64,000 nt of DNA from positions 14,128 through 78,127 of the forward strand of contig CAZBBB010000003.1 in NCBI GenBank assembly GCA_964490005.1, read 5' to 3'. Below, piece by piece: positions 25,669 through 34,062 of this stretch. Positions within the stretch are counted from its first letter, which is position 1. The number at the start of each line of letters is the position of its first letter. A program made the translations under genes and the position numbers. This stretch comes from an uncultured Phycisphaerales bacterium. Its GTDB lineage: Bacteria > Planctomycetota > B15-G4. Under the pieces are notes generated by a model that worked only from the letters and a program-made list of their open reading frames with translations, had not been told where the DNA came from and searched no databases.

Positions 25669-28600
25669 ATGGAGGACGTCAATCCGCAGCGCATCGGCGT
25701 GTGGCGAACGGCGGCGGCGCTGCCCGGCGGAACGGCGCTCGTCGCCCACGACGACCGCGGGCGCCGCGGCGTGGTCAAGCTGCACGCCGACGACGGTCCC
25801 GACGGCGCCGGCCTGGCGGAGGCCCGCAGGATCGGGCTGAGGCATCCGGGCCTCGTCGCCTGCCTCGACGTCGGACGCCACGTCCCGGACGGCCGCATCT
25901 TCACCGTGAGCGAGTTCGTCGAAGGCGTGCCGCTCGCGCCGGGGTTGGCCGTCGCCGACGCGCTGCGCCTGGCGCGCGCGCTGCTCGCGGCGCTGCAGAG
26001 CCTGCACGAGCATGGACTGCTGCACCGCGATCTCAAGGCCGGCAACGTGCTCGTGGAGCGACGCACCGGGCGCCCGGTGATCATCGACTTCGGGTTGAGT
26101 TGCCCGATCGACCAGGCCGGCCGGCGCGTCGTGGCGGGCACGCCGCGCGCCATGGCGCCCGAGCTGTTCCACGGTCGCGCCTGCAGCGTGGCGAGCGATC
26201 TCTGGGCGGCCGGTCTGCTGCTGGCCGAGGCCCTTTCCGGGCGCGAGCTGTTCACGGCGCGCGAGCCGTCCGCGATGGCCGCCGAGCGCGCGGCCTTCAC
26301 GGGGCTCGCCGGGGCCGACCGCTCCCGGATCGCGTCGCCGCCGCTGGTCGCGCTGCTCGAACGGCTGCTCGATCCCGATCCCGACCGGCGGCCGGTCGAC
26401 GCCGCCGCGGCGCTGGCGGCGTTGCCGATCGTGTCGGAGGCCGCGTCGGCCGCCGAGCATCGCGAGCGGCTCGACGCCCGCCTCTCGGGAGCGCTGGCAG
26501 CCCATGACCTGATGCGCGAGCGGCGGTTGCAGGCGCTGCAGCGCGGGGCGCAGTGGATCGACGTGCTCGCGGACCCCGAGGCGACGCCCGATGCGTTGTG
26601 CTTCGCGCTGCGCGAGATCGGCAGCCTGGTCCCGCAGGCCGCCGAGGCCCTGCGCGCCCAGCTCGAGGCGACGGCGAACCTGACGCGCACGCGGCCGGCG
26701 CACGGCGTCGCGCTCGCGCGCGCGCTCGCGCGGCAGGTCGACCTCGTGTTCGACGTCGGCGCGCCGGACGAAGGGCCGCGTCCGTTCGTCGACGAGATCG
26801 TGCAGCAGCTCGAGGGCGAGTCGGGCGTCGAGGTCGTGCGCCGTACGCCCCTCGAGCCGGAGCGCGCGGCGGCCGTCGCGCAGGCCTGGGTCGGCTCCCG
26901 CGCCGTGATCGAGCAGCGCCTGCGCGACGCCGGACCGCTGTCGCTCGCCGCTCTGGACGACGCGCTGCAGGAACTGCAGCGGCTCGGCGGCGTGCGCGCG
27001 GGGGCCGAGGGCGTCGCCGTCGACGAGACGGCGATTCCCGCGGGTTGGCCGGCGGCCGGGTCCGAGCCCGCCGTCGTCGTGGAGGACGCGGCGAGGCGCG
27101 AGCTGCTCGACGTGCTGGCGATCTCCGGCCTGCCGCTCGCCGCCGGCCTGCTGACGGCCGTCGTCGGCCGCGACGCTTCGGCCGACCTGCGGGCGCTCGA
27201 GGCCGCGGGCCTGTGTCGCCGCGTCCGCACGACCGCCGACGAGGCCTTCGTGCTCGCCGACGCGCGCTTGCGCCGGGCGCTCGGCGCCCGCGCGGCGCTC
27301 GACGCGGCGACGCGCGCCCGGCTGGCGCTCCAGCTGCTGCCGGCCGAGGACGAACCGACGCCCGGGATCGCGGCCGTCGTCGCCGAGATCCTCGGCCCCG
27401 ATGCGCCGGCCGGCGCGGACGGTGCGCAACTGACGCGACGCCTGGCCGCGGCCGCCGGCGCGTTGCGTCGCGCGGGGCGGCTGCCGGCCGCCGTGATCCT
27501 GGCGCGCCGCGCGTGCGCGGGCGCTCCCGACGACGCACCGGGAGTGCGTCAGCTGCACATCGATCTGGTGGACACGCTCATCCGGGCCAACGCGCACGAC
27601 GACGCGCTGGCCGAGGTCGGGCGTGCTCGCGAGCGTCTCGGCGACGATCAGGCCCTGCTCGTGCGCGAGGCCCGCGTCCTGCTGCTGCGCGGACGCGCCG
27701 ACGACTGTGCCCGGGCGCTGCAGCGGCTCGAGCCCGACGCGCTGCCGCGCGACGACGCGCTCCTCGGGCTGCAGATCCGCGCCATGGCGCGGCAGAACGT
27801 CGGCCATCTCGACGCGGCGCTGGCCGACGTGCACGAGGCGCTGCGGCGGGCCGGCGACGCCGACGACCGGCGCGTGATGCCCCTGCTGGAGCGGCTGGCC
27901 GCGATCGAGGAGAGCCTCGGTCGCTGGGACGACGCCACGCGCCACTACGAGGCCTGCATCGCGATGGCGCGGCGGCTCGGCCACGAGGTCCTGATCGGCA
28001 GTCCGCTCTACAACATGGGGCGCGCGATCCGCATGCGCGGCGAGAAGCGCCGGGGCTTGGCGCTCATGGAAGAGGGGGCGCAGCGGATGGAGGCGGCCGG
28101 CGACCACGTCGGCCTGGCGACCGCGCTCAACGGACTGGGGTCGGGGTGGCTGGTGCTCGGTCACGTCGACCTGGCGCGTCGGCACCTCGCCCGGGCGCTG
28201 GCGCTCGGCCGGCGCCTCGGCGACGAGGCCTTCGTCGGCATGGTGCTCAACAACTCGGCGCGCGCGCTCGCGGCCGAAGGACGGCTCGACGAGGCGCGGG
28301 ATCTGTTCGATGAGGCGCTGCTCCTGCGGACCCGGCGTCGCGACCGGCGCGGGCAGGCGGCGGTGCGGCTCACGCGCGCCCGGCTCGCCGTGCAGCGCGG
28401 ACGGCTGGAGGAGGCGCGCGGCGATCTCGACGCGGCGCGCGTTGCCCTCGAGGGACTCTCGTCCCCGGAATGGGAGACGCAGCTCGACCTGGTCGAGGCG
28501 CGGTGGGCGCTCGCGCGTGGCGAGCCGCAGGCCGCGAGCGCGTCGGCGCGGGCCGCCCTCGCGCGCGCCGGGGTGCAGGGCTACCTCTCGGAGGTGCTCG

Positions 28601-30663
28601 AGGCGCGCGACCTGCTCGGCCGGGCGCGGGCCGACGCGCTGATGGACATCGACGTTCGTCGCGAGGAGCCCGGGCCGTGGCTGGCCGATCTGCTGTTCAC
28701 GCGGGCCGGCCTGGCGGATTCGGCCGAGCGCGCGCAGGCCGACGCGGAAGCGGCGCTGGCGATCCTGGCCGATACGCCCGACGGGCCCATCGAGGCGCGC
28801 GGCCTGCTCGAGCGCGCGCGGCGCGACCTGACCTCGGGAGCGGAACTGCTCTCGGCGGGAGACCCCGACTATGGCAGGTTGGGGGAGCTGCTCGCGCGCG
28901 TCGCGCGCGACCTCGACCGCGCCCGCACCTTGGTCGACCTGCATGACCTGCAACCGCTCCGGCAGCCGCTCGACGAGGCCCTCGGGCGCTCCGCCGCGCT
29001 GGGGGAGAGCGGCGACGTGACCGGGCTGGCCCGCCTCGCCGAACGGCTGCGCATGCTCGAGCGCCTGTCCGAGATCAACAAGGTGCTGAACTCCGAGCAC
29101 GACACGCAGCGCCTGCTCGACCTGATCGTCGACAGCGCCATCGAACTCACCGGCGCGGCGCGCGGCTTCCTGATCCTCTTCGAGGGGCGCGCCGAGGAGT
29201 TCCGGGCGGCGCGCTGCATCGACGAGAGCACGATCCGCAACCCCGAGTTCGAGGTCAGCCACTCGACGGCCCGACGCGTCGCCAAGGAAGGGCGCCCGAT
29301 CCTGACGGCCAACGCGATCGACGATCCGCGTCTCGCGAGCGCCGCGTCGATCAGCGAGCTGCGGCTGCTGTCGATCCTGTGCGTGCCGCTCGTCTCGCGC
29401 GACCGCACCCTGGGTGCGATCTACCTCGACCACCCGCGCGTCGTGGGGCGCTTCGACGAGCGCCATCTCGAGGTCGTCACGAGCCTCGCGGGCCAGGCGG
29501 CCATCGCGCTCCAGAACGCGCGCCTCTCGGAGGGGCTGGCCCGCTCGAACGACGAACTGCGCACGTCGCGGGAGGAGGTCGCGCGGCTCAACGAACGATT
29601 GCAGGCGCGGCTGGTCGAGCGCGAAGCCGAACTCGAGACGGTGCGCGAATCGCTCGACGCCAGCCGGCGCGCGCTGGCCCTGCGCTACGACTACTCCCGG
29701 ATCATCACGCGCAGCCCGCGCATGCACGAAGTCCTCGACCTGCTCGACCGCATCACGGACACCGACTTCCCGGTGATCATCCAGGGCGAGAGCGGCACGG
29801 GAAAGGAACTGCTCGCGCGGGCCATCCACTACAACGGCGCGCGTCGCGAACGCAACTTCCTGTCGATCAATTGCGCGGCGATCGCCGAGCCGCTCATCGA
29901 GAGCGAGCTGTTCGGTTCGGTGCGCGGCGCCTTCACGGGCGCCGACCGCGACCGCAAGGGCCTGTTCGAACAGGCGCACGAGGGCACGCTGTTCCTCGAC
30001 GAGATCGGCGACATGAGTCTCTCGGTGCAGAAGCGGCTGCTGCGCGTGCTGCAGGAGGGCGAGTTCCTGCCGGTGGGTGGACGGCAGGCGCGTCGCGTCG
30101 ACGTGCGCATCCTGTGCGCGACGCACCGCGACCTCTCGGCGATGGTCGCCGAGGGCACGTTCCGCGAGGACCTGTTCTACCGGCTCGCCGTCGCGCGCGT
30201 CCGCGTTCCGCCCCTGCGCGAGCGCAGCGAGGACATCGCGCTGCTCGTGCCCCACTTCCTCGCGATGCACGACGGCGGCGAGCGCGCACTGCAGCCCGAG
30301 GCGCTGCGACTTCTCGAGGGCCTGCCCTGGCCGGGCAACGTCCGGGAGTTGGAGAACCTGGTGATGAACCTGCTGCTGCTCGACCGGGAGGGCGGGCCGA
30401 TCACCGCCGGCCTCGTGCGGCGGGTGACGAACGGCGCCCCCGGCGGACCGGCCGGGCCGTCGGCCGCGGGCGACGAGGCGGGCGACGAAGCGGGCGCCGA
30501 GGGCTCGATCCGGGATCGGTTGACCGCGTACGAGCGCAGCCTGGTCCTCTCGGCCCTGCGCCGGACGGCCGGGAACAAGGCCCAGGCCGCCAAGGAACTC
30601 GGGGTGGGGGTCCGGACCCTGTACAAGATGCTGGCCCGGCTGGGCCTCGATGAGGCCGATTGA
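25669..30663 (+). CDS. Ser/Thr protein kinase - TPR array - GAF - sigma54-interaction AAA+ - Fis-type HTH fusion (bacterial enhancer-binding protein)
   Basis: ATG 25669, in frame with track ORF 25558..30663 (1664 aa). Kinase: VVKL, HRDLKAGNVLV, DFGLS, MAPE. TPR region ~27.5-28.6 kb. GAF ~29.07-29.48 kb. AAA+: GESGTGKE, GAFTGA, LFLDEIGD. HTH: GNKAQAAKELGVGVRTLYKMLARLG. Confidence 0.9.
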   Translation: MEDVNPQRIGVWRTAAALPGGTALVAHDDRGRRGVVKLHADDGPDGAGLAEARRIGLRHPGLVACLDVGRHVPDGRIFTVSEFVEGVPLAPGLAVADALRLARALLAALQSLHEHGLLHRDLKAGNVLVERRTGRPVIIDFGLSCPIDQAGRRVVAGTPRAMAPELFHGRACSVASDLWAAGLLLAEALSGRELFTAREPSAMAAERAAFTGLAGADRSRIASPPLVALLERLLDPDPDRRPVDAAAALAALPIVSEAASAAEHRERLDARLSGALAAHDLMRERRLQALQRGAQWIDVLADPEATPDALCFALREIGSLVPQAAEALRAQLEATANLTRTRPAHGVALARALARQVDLVFDVGAPDEGPRPFVDEIVQQLEGESGVEVVRRTPLEPERAAAVAQAWVGSRAVIEQRLRDAGPLSLAALDDALQELQRLGGVRAGAEGVAVDETAIPAGWPAAGSEPAVVVEDAARRELLDVLAISGLPLAAGLLTAVVGRDASADLRALEAAGLCRRVRTTADEAFVLADARLRRALGARAALDAATRARLALQLLPAEDEPTPGIAAVVAEILGPDAPAGADGAQLTRRLAAAAGALRRAGRLPAAVILARRACAGAPDDAPGVRQLHIDLVDTLIRANAHDDALAEVGRARERLGDDQALLVREARVLLLRGRADDCARALQRLEPDALPRDDALLGLQIRAMARQNVGHLDAALADVHEALRRAGDADDRRVMPLLERLAAIEESLGRWDDATRHYEACIAMARRLGHEVLIGSPLYNMGRAIRMRGEKRRGLALMEEGAQRMEAAGDHVGLATALNGLGSGWLVLGHVDLARRHLARALALGRRLGDEAFVGMVLNNSARALAAEGRLDEARDLFDEALLLRTRRRDRRGQAAVRLTRARLAVQRGRLEEARGDLDAARVALEGLSSPEWETQLDLVEARWALARGEPQAASASARAALARAGVQGYLSEVLEARDLLGRARADALMDIDVRREEPGPWLADLLFTRAGLADSAERAQADAEAALAILADTPDGPIEARGLLERARRDLTSGAELLSAGDPDYGRLGELLARVARDLDRARTLVDLHDLQPLRQPLDEALGRSAALGESGDVTGLARLAERLRMLERLSEINKVLNSEHDTQRLLDLIVDSAIELTGAARGFLILFEGRAEEFRAARCIDESTIRNPEFEVSHSTARRVAKEGRPILTANAIDDPRLASAASISELRLLSILCVPLVSRDRTLGAIYLDHPRVVGRFDERHLEVVTSLAGQAAIALQNARLSEGLARSNDELRTSREEVARLNERLQARLVEREAELETVRESLDASRRALALRYDYSRIITRSPRMHEVLDLLDRITDTDFPVIIQGESGTGKELLARAIHYNGARRERNFLSINCAAIAEPLIESELFGSVRGAFTGADRDRKGLFEQAHEGTLFLDEIGDMSLSVQKRLLRVLQEGEFLPVGGRQARRVDVRILCATHRDLSAMVAEGTFREDLFYRLAVARVRVPPLRERSEDIALLVPHFLAMHDGGERALQPEALRLLEGLPWPGNVRELENLVMNLLLLDREGGPITAGLVRRVTNGAPGGPAGPSAAGDEAGDEAGAEGSIRDRLTAYERSLVLSALRRTAGNKAQAAKELGVGVRTLYKMLARLGLDEAD

Positions 30664-30728
30664 GGGCGGTTTTCGAGGGCAAGCAGGCCTGACGGATTCA
30701 GGCGATCTGCGTTTCGCCTGAAAGGTCC

Positions 30729-30734
30729 TATACT
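30729..30734 (+). promoter_or_regulatory. Candidate -10 hexamer TATACT
   Basis: The only AT-rich hexamer in the 108-bp gap, 37 nt upstream of ATG 30772. No convincing -35. Confidence 0.25.
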
Positions 30735-30771
30735 GGGGCCTCCTGCCAGCGCCCGCCCTCCCGGCCCTCCC

Positions 30772-31464
30772 ATGCGTCTGCCCCGTCCCGGTCGCCTCTC
30801 CGCCCTCCTGCTCGCCGTGCCGCTCTTGGCGCTGCCGGCGGCGGCCCTCGTGGTGCGGCTCACGGTGCACTTCTCGGCCTCCTTCGACACGGCCACGGCA
30901 CCGGGCACGATCCTGCCCGTGGCGGACATCGGCTCCTTCGCGACGACCGCGCCGCCCGACGAGTTCGTGGTCGTGCCGGCCCCCGGCAAGGGCAGCTGGC
31001 TCAAGATCCAGGACGGCGGTGTCGCCGCCGACGCGGTCCTGACGGGCCAGTTCCACAAGCCCTTCAAGGGGACCGAGGTCACCCTCAGCTTCAGCGCTTC
31101 GGCGTCGCAAACGGACGCGGGCCTGATCGTCGGCATGTTCGACGACGGGGGCAGCGGCATGATCGACGTCGAGTTCGACGACGAGAGTTCGATCATCGTC
31201 GGCGACGTACGGGTCGCCGGCTACGACGAGGAGCAGACGGTCGGCCTCGTCGTGACGCTGCGCGACCCGATCGTGGGTCCCGAGACGTGGCACGCGGCGA
31301 TCACCGTCGCGGGCGTCACGACCTTCGCCAGCGGTCCCTTGTCGCTGTCCAAGCCGCTCGCCGCCAACGTCCTGCGGATCACGCGTCCGGCGGGCAGCGG
31401 GCCGGCCGAGTTCTTCATCGACGACCTCAAGGTCGTGAGCAACGGACTCTCCCCCAACTTCTAG
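30772..31464 (+). CDS. Small secreted beta-rich hypothetical protein
   Basis: 230 aa. Signal peptide MRLPRPGRLSALLLAVPLLALPAAA. Ends ...LRITRPAGSGPAEFFIDDLKVVSNG, a jelly-roll/lectin-like feel, but I cannot assign a family. Confidence 0.7.
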   Translation: MRLPRPGRLSALLLAVPLLALPAAALVVRLTVHFSASFDTATAPGTILPVADIGSFATTAPPDEFVVVPAPGKGSWLKIQDGGVAADAVLTGQFHKPFKGTEVTLSFSASASQTDAGLIVGMFDDGGSGMIDVEFDDESSIIVGDVRVAGYDEEQTVGLVVTLRDPIVGPETWHAAITVAGVTTFASGPLSLSKPLAANVLRITRPAGSGPAEFFIDDLKVVSNGLSPNF

Positions 31465-31476
31465 GGCGGAACACGC

Positions 31477-32121
31477 GTGCGGCTGCTCGTGACGGCGGGT
31501 GGGACGCGGGAGCCGATCGACGCCGCGCGCGTCATCGCGAACACCAGCACCGGCGCCTTGGGAGCCTGGATCGCGGACGAAGCCGTCGCCGCCGGCCACG
31601 AAGTGACCCACCTTCACGGAGTGCAGGCGGTCAGGCCGCGCGCCGAACCGCGCAGGTCCATCGTGTTCGACACGTCCGCCCAGCTCGCCGACCTCCTCGA
31701 TACGCACGCACCCGATGCGGACGCCGTGGTGCATGCCGCCGCCGTCGCCGACTATCTTCCCGTGCGCGCTCCCGGGAAGATTCCTTCGGATCGCGACGAA
31801 CTCGTGCTGCACCTGCGCCGCGCGCCCAAGCTCGTCGATCGCCTGCGCGGCCTCGCGCCCCGCGCCATCCTGGTGGGCTTCAAGTTGACGTCGGGTGCCG
31901 GAGAGGCCGAGCAGCTCGCGGCGGCGACGGCGCTGCGGGCGCGCGCGCGCCTCGATCTGGTCGTCGTCAACGACACCTCGCGGCTCGGCGACGCCGATCA
32001 CGCGGCGGCGATCGTGGGAGCCGACGGCGTCCTCGCGCGGTGCAGCGGCAAGCGGGCGCTGGCCGCCGAACTCGTCCGCCGCGTGTCCCTGCTGCACGTC
32101 CGGGAGGCTGCCGCGACGTGA
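31477..32121 (+). CDS. coaB: Phosphopantothenate--cysteine ligase (stand-alone CoaB)
   Basis: 214 aa from a GTG start. MRLLVTAGGTREPIDAARVIANTSTGALGAWIA...AAAVADY...KIPS...L.L...PKL. Confidence 0.8.
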   Translation: MRLLVTAGGTREPIDAARVIANTSTGALGAWIADEAVAAGHEVTHLHGVQAVRPRAEPRRSIVFDTSAQLADLLDTHAPDADAVVHAAAVADYLPVRAPGKIPSDRDELVLHLRRAPKLVDRLRGLAPRAILVGFKLTSGAGEAEQLAAATALRARARLDLVVVNDTSRLGDADHAAAIVGADGVLARCSGKRALAAELVRRVSLLHVREAAAT

Positions 32122-32669
32122 AGATCCTGCTGGGAGTGACGGGCGGCATCGCGGTCTACAAGGCCTGCGAACTCGTGCGTCGCCTGCGCGAGGCCGGCGA
32201 CGACGTGCAGGTCGTCATGACGGAGTCCGCGACGCGCTTCGTGTCGCCGATGACCTTCGAGGTGCTCTCCGGACGTGCCGTCGGAACCTCGCTGTGGGGC
32301 GGGGCCGACCCGTCCATCGAGCACATCCGCTTGGCGCGCTGGCCGGAGCTGATCCTCATCGCGCCGGCGACGGCGCAGACCATCGCCCGGCTCGCGCACG
32401 GCATGGCCGACGACCTGCTCTCGACGGTCGTGCTCGCCGCGCGCGACGACGTGCCGGTGCTCATCGCGCCGGCGATGAACACCGCGATGTGGGACAACCC
32501 GCTCGTGCAGGCCAATCTCGAGCGCCTGCGCGCGATCGACGGCGGGCGACGTTACGCCGTCGTCCCGCCCGCGTCCAAGTCGCTGGCGTGCGGCGAGACG
32601 GGCGTGGGCGCACTGGCGGAGGAGGCCGTCCTGCTCGCGGCCGTGCGCGCGTCGACGCGCCCCCGCTGA
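32118..32669 (+). CDS. coaC: Phosphopantothenoylcysteine decarboxylase (stand-alone CoaC flavoprotein)
   Basis: GTG 32118 (GTGA overlap with the coaB stop), in frame with track ORF 31287..32669. (M)KILLGVTGGIAVYKACELVRRL...VVMTESATRFV...LIAPATAQTIARLAHGMADDLL...APAMNTAMW.... Confidence 0.85.
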   Translation: MKILLGVTGGIAVYKACELVRRLREAGDDVQVVMTESATRFVSPMTFEVLSGRAVGTSLWGGADPSIEHIRLARWPELILIAPATAQTIARLAHGMADDLLSTVVLAARDDVPVLIAPAMNTAMWDNPLVQANLERLRAIDGGRRYAVVPPASKSLACGETGVGALAEEAVLLAAVRASTRPR

Positions 32670-32759
32670 GCGGGAGGCCGCGCTCAAGATCGTCGGCGCG
32701 GATGTCGACAGATGGGCCGCGCCGGGCGGAGGGACCGGCGCGCCACGCTCCTCCTCGAC

Positions 32760-32835
32760 GTGCGATCGGGCCGTCCCTCCGAGCCGAAGCATCCGGGAAC
32801 GCCGTACGACAGCCGCGGCCCGATCGCACCTTTTT
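32760..32835 (+). terminator. 14-bp perfect inverted repeat (42-nt loop) followed by C-TTTTT; terminator-like or structured RNA element
   Basis: gtgcgatcgggccg (32760-32773) pairs with cggcccgatcgcac (32816-32829), then cTTTTTc. Located 90 nt downstream of the coaC stop. Confidence 0.4.
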
Positions 32836-32908
32836 CGTCGCGAGCGCGGCGGGCCGCGCCGCCGGCCGCGCGCACGCGACGTCGATATCATCACGAGGGT
32901 CGCATCGC

Positions 32909-32914
32909 TAGAAT
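32909..32914 (+). promoter_or_regulatory. Candidate -10 hexamer TAGAAT upstream of prfB
   Basis: TAGAAT lies 47 nt upstream of ATG 32961 in a 290-bp intergenic region. The -35 is not convincing. Confidence 0.3.
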
Positions 32915-32960
32915 CCGGGTTTCGGCACGCCGCGCCGAAGCACGACACCCGGAGTTCCGC

Positions 32961-34062
32961 ATGTCGCTCGATGAGATCCGCACGCGTGCCGTCGACATCC
33001 GCCGCCGCCTGAACCAGATCAAGGACTCCCTTTGACGTCCCCGAGCTGGTCGCCAAGCGCGAGCGCATCGAAGCCGAGATGTCGCGCGACGGGTTCTGGA
33101 ACGATTCGGAGAAAGCGCGCGGAACGGTCGCCGAGCTGAAAAAGGTGCGCGCGCGCGTCGACCCCGTCCTGGCCCTCGAGGGCCGGCTCGACGAGTTGGC
33201 GCTGATGGTCGAGCTGGCCGCGGAGGACGGGGGCCGTGAGGCGCTCGCCGAGGCCTCGGGCATGGCCGACGAGATCGCCGCCGCCATGGACGGCCTGGAA
33301 TTCCAGGTCATGCTCGACGGCGAGTACGACGAGGGCGCAGCGTATCTCTCGGTGCAGGCCGGCGCGGGCGGGACCGACAGCTGCGACTGGGCGGCCATGC
33401 TCCTGCGCATGTACGCCCGCTGGGCCGAGCGGCAGGGCTACGAAGTCGAGGTCATCGACCGGCTCGACAGCGAAGAGGCCGGCATCAAGTCGGCCACCGT
33501 GCTCGTGAAGGGGCCCTGGGCCTACGGCTACCTGCGCGCGGAAGCGGGCGTGCACCGCCTCGTGCGGCTCTCGCCCTTCGACAGCCAGAATCGCCGCCAG
33601 ACCTCGTTCGCGGCCGTCGAGGTGAGCCCCCACCTCGAGGACGCCGAGGCCGTCGAGATCCGCGCCGAAGACCTCAAGGTCGACACCTTCCGCGCCGGCG
33701 GCGCCGGCGGCCAGCACGTCAACAAGACCGACTCGGCCATTCGCCTCACGCACCTGCCCACGGGCCTCGTCGTCGCCTGCCAGTCCGAGCGCAGCCAGCA
33801 CAAGAACCGCAACACGGCGATGAAGATGCTGGCCGCCAAGCTCGCCGCGCGCGCCGAACTCGAGCGCGAGGCGATGCTCGCCGGGCTCACGGGCGAGCAG
33901 ACGGACATCGGCTGGGGCCACCAGATCCGCAGCTACGTGCTGCATCCCTACCAGATGATCAAGGATCACCGCACCGACCACGAGAACGGCAACACGACCG
34001 CCGTCCTCGACGGCGACATCCAGGAATTCATCGAGACCTATCTGCGGAGCCGGCGCCGGTGA
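32961..34062 (+). CDS. prfB: Peptide chain release factor 2, requires programmed +1 frameshift: join(32961..33032, 33034..34062)
   Basis: Frame 0: MSLDEIRTRAVDIRRRLNQIKDSL then in-frame TGA at 33033-33035 in the classical CTT TGA C context. Frame +1 continues DVPELVAKRERIEAEMSRDGFWND...SPFDSQNRRQTSFAAVEV...GAGGQHVNKTDSAIRLTHLPTG... (SPF and GGQ motifs). Confidence 0.93.
33021..33036 (+). promoter_or_regulatory. RF2 autoregulatory +1 frameshift site (AAGGAC TCC CTT TGA C)
   Basis: CTT-TGA-C slippery/stop context. An upstream AAGGA could act as the SD-like stimulator. Confidence 0.85.

Noticed and set aside
30664-30771. Possible sigma54 promoter (cTGGGGCCTCCTGCCa) upstream of the gene downstream of the bEBP
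   Set aside because: The GG and GC dinucleotides are spaced 2 nt too close relative to TGGCAC-N5-TTGC. A TATACT -10-like hexamer suggests an ordinary sigma70-type promoter instead.
25483-32097. A 2204-aa stop-free ORF on the minus strand spanning 6.6 kb
   Set aside because: It lies antisense to the kinase-bEBP gene, the small secreted protein gene and coaB, all of which have unmistakable family motifs on the plus strand. Its product is Arg/Ala/Gly/Asp/Val-rich low-information sequence, typical of shadow frames in GC-rich DNA where stop codons are rare. Such antisense ORFs have been mis-annotated in other genomes as bogus large proteins.
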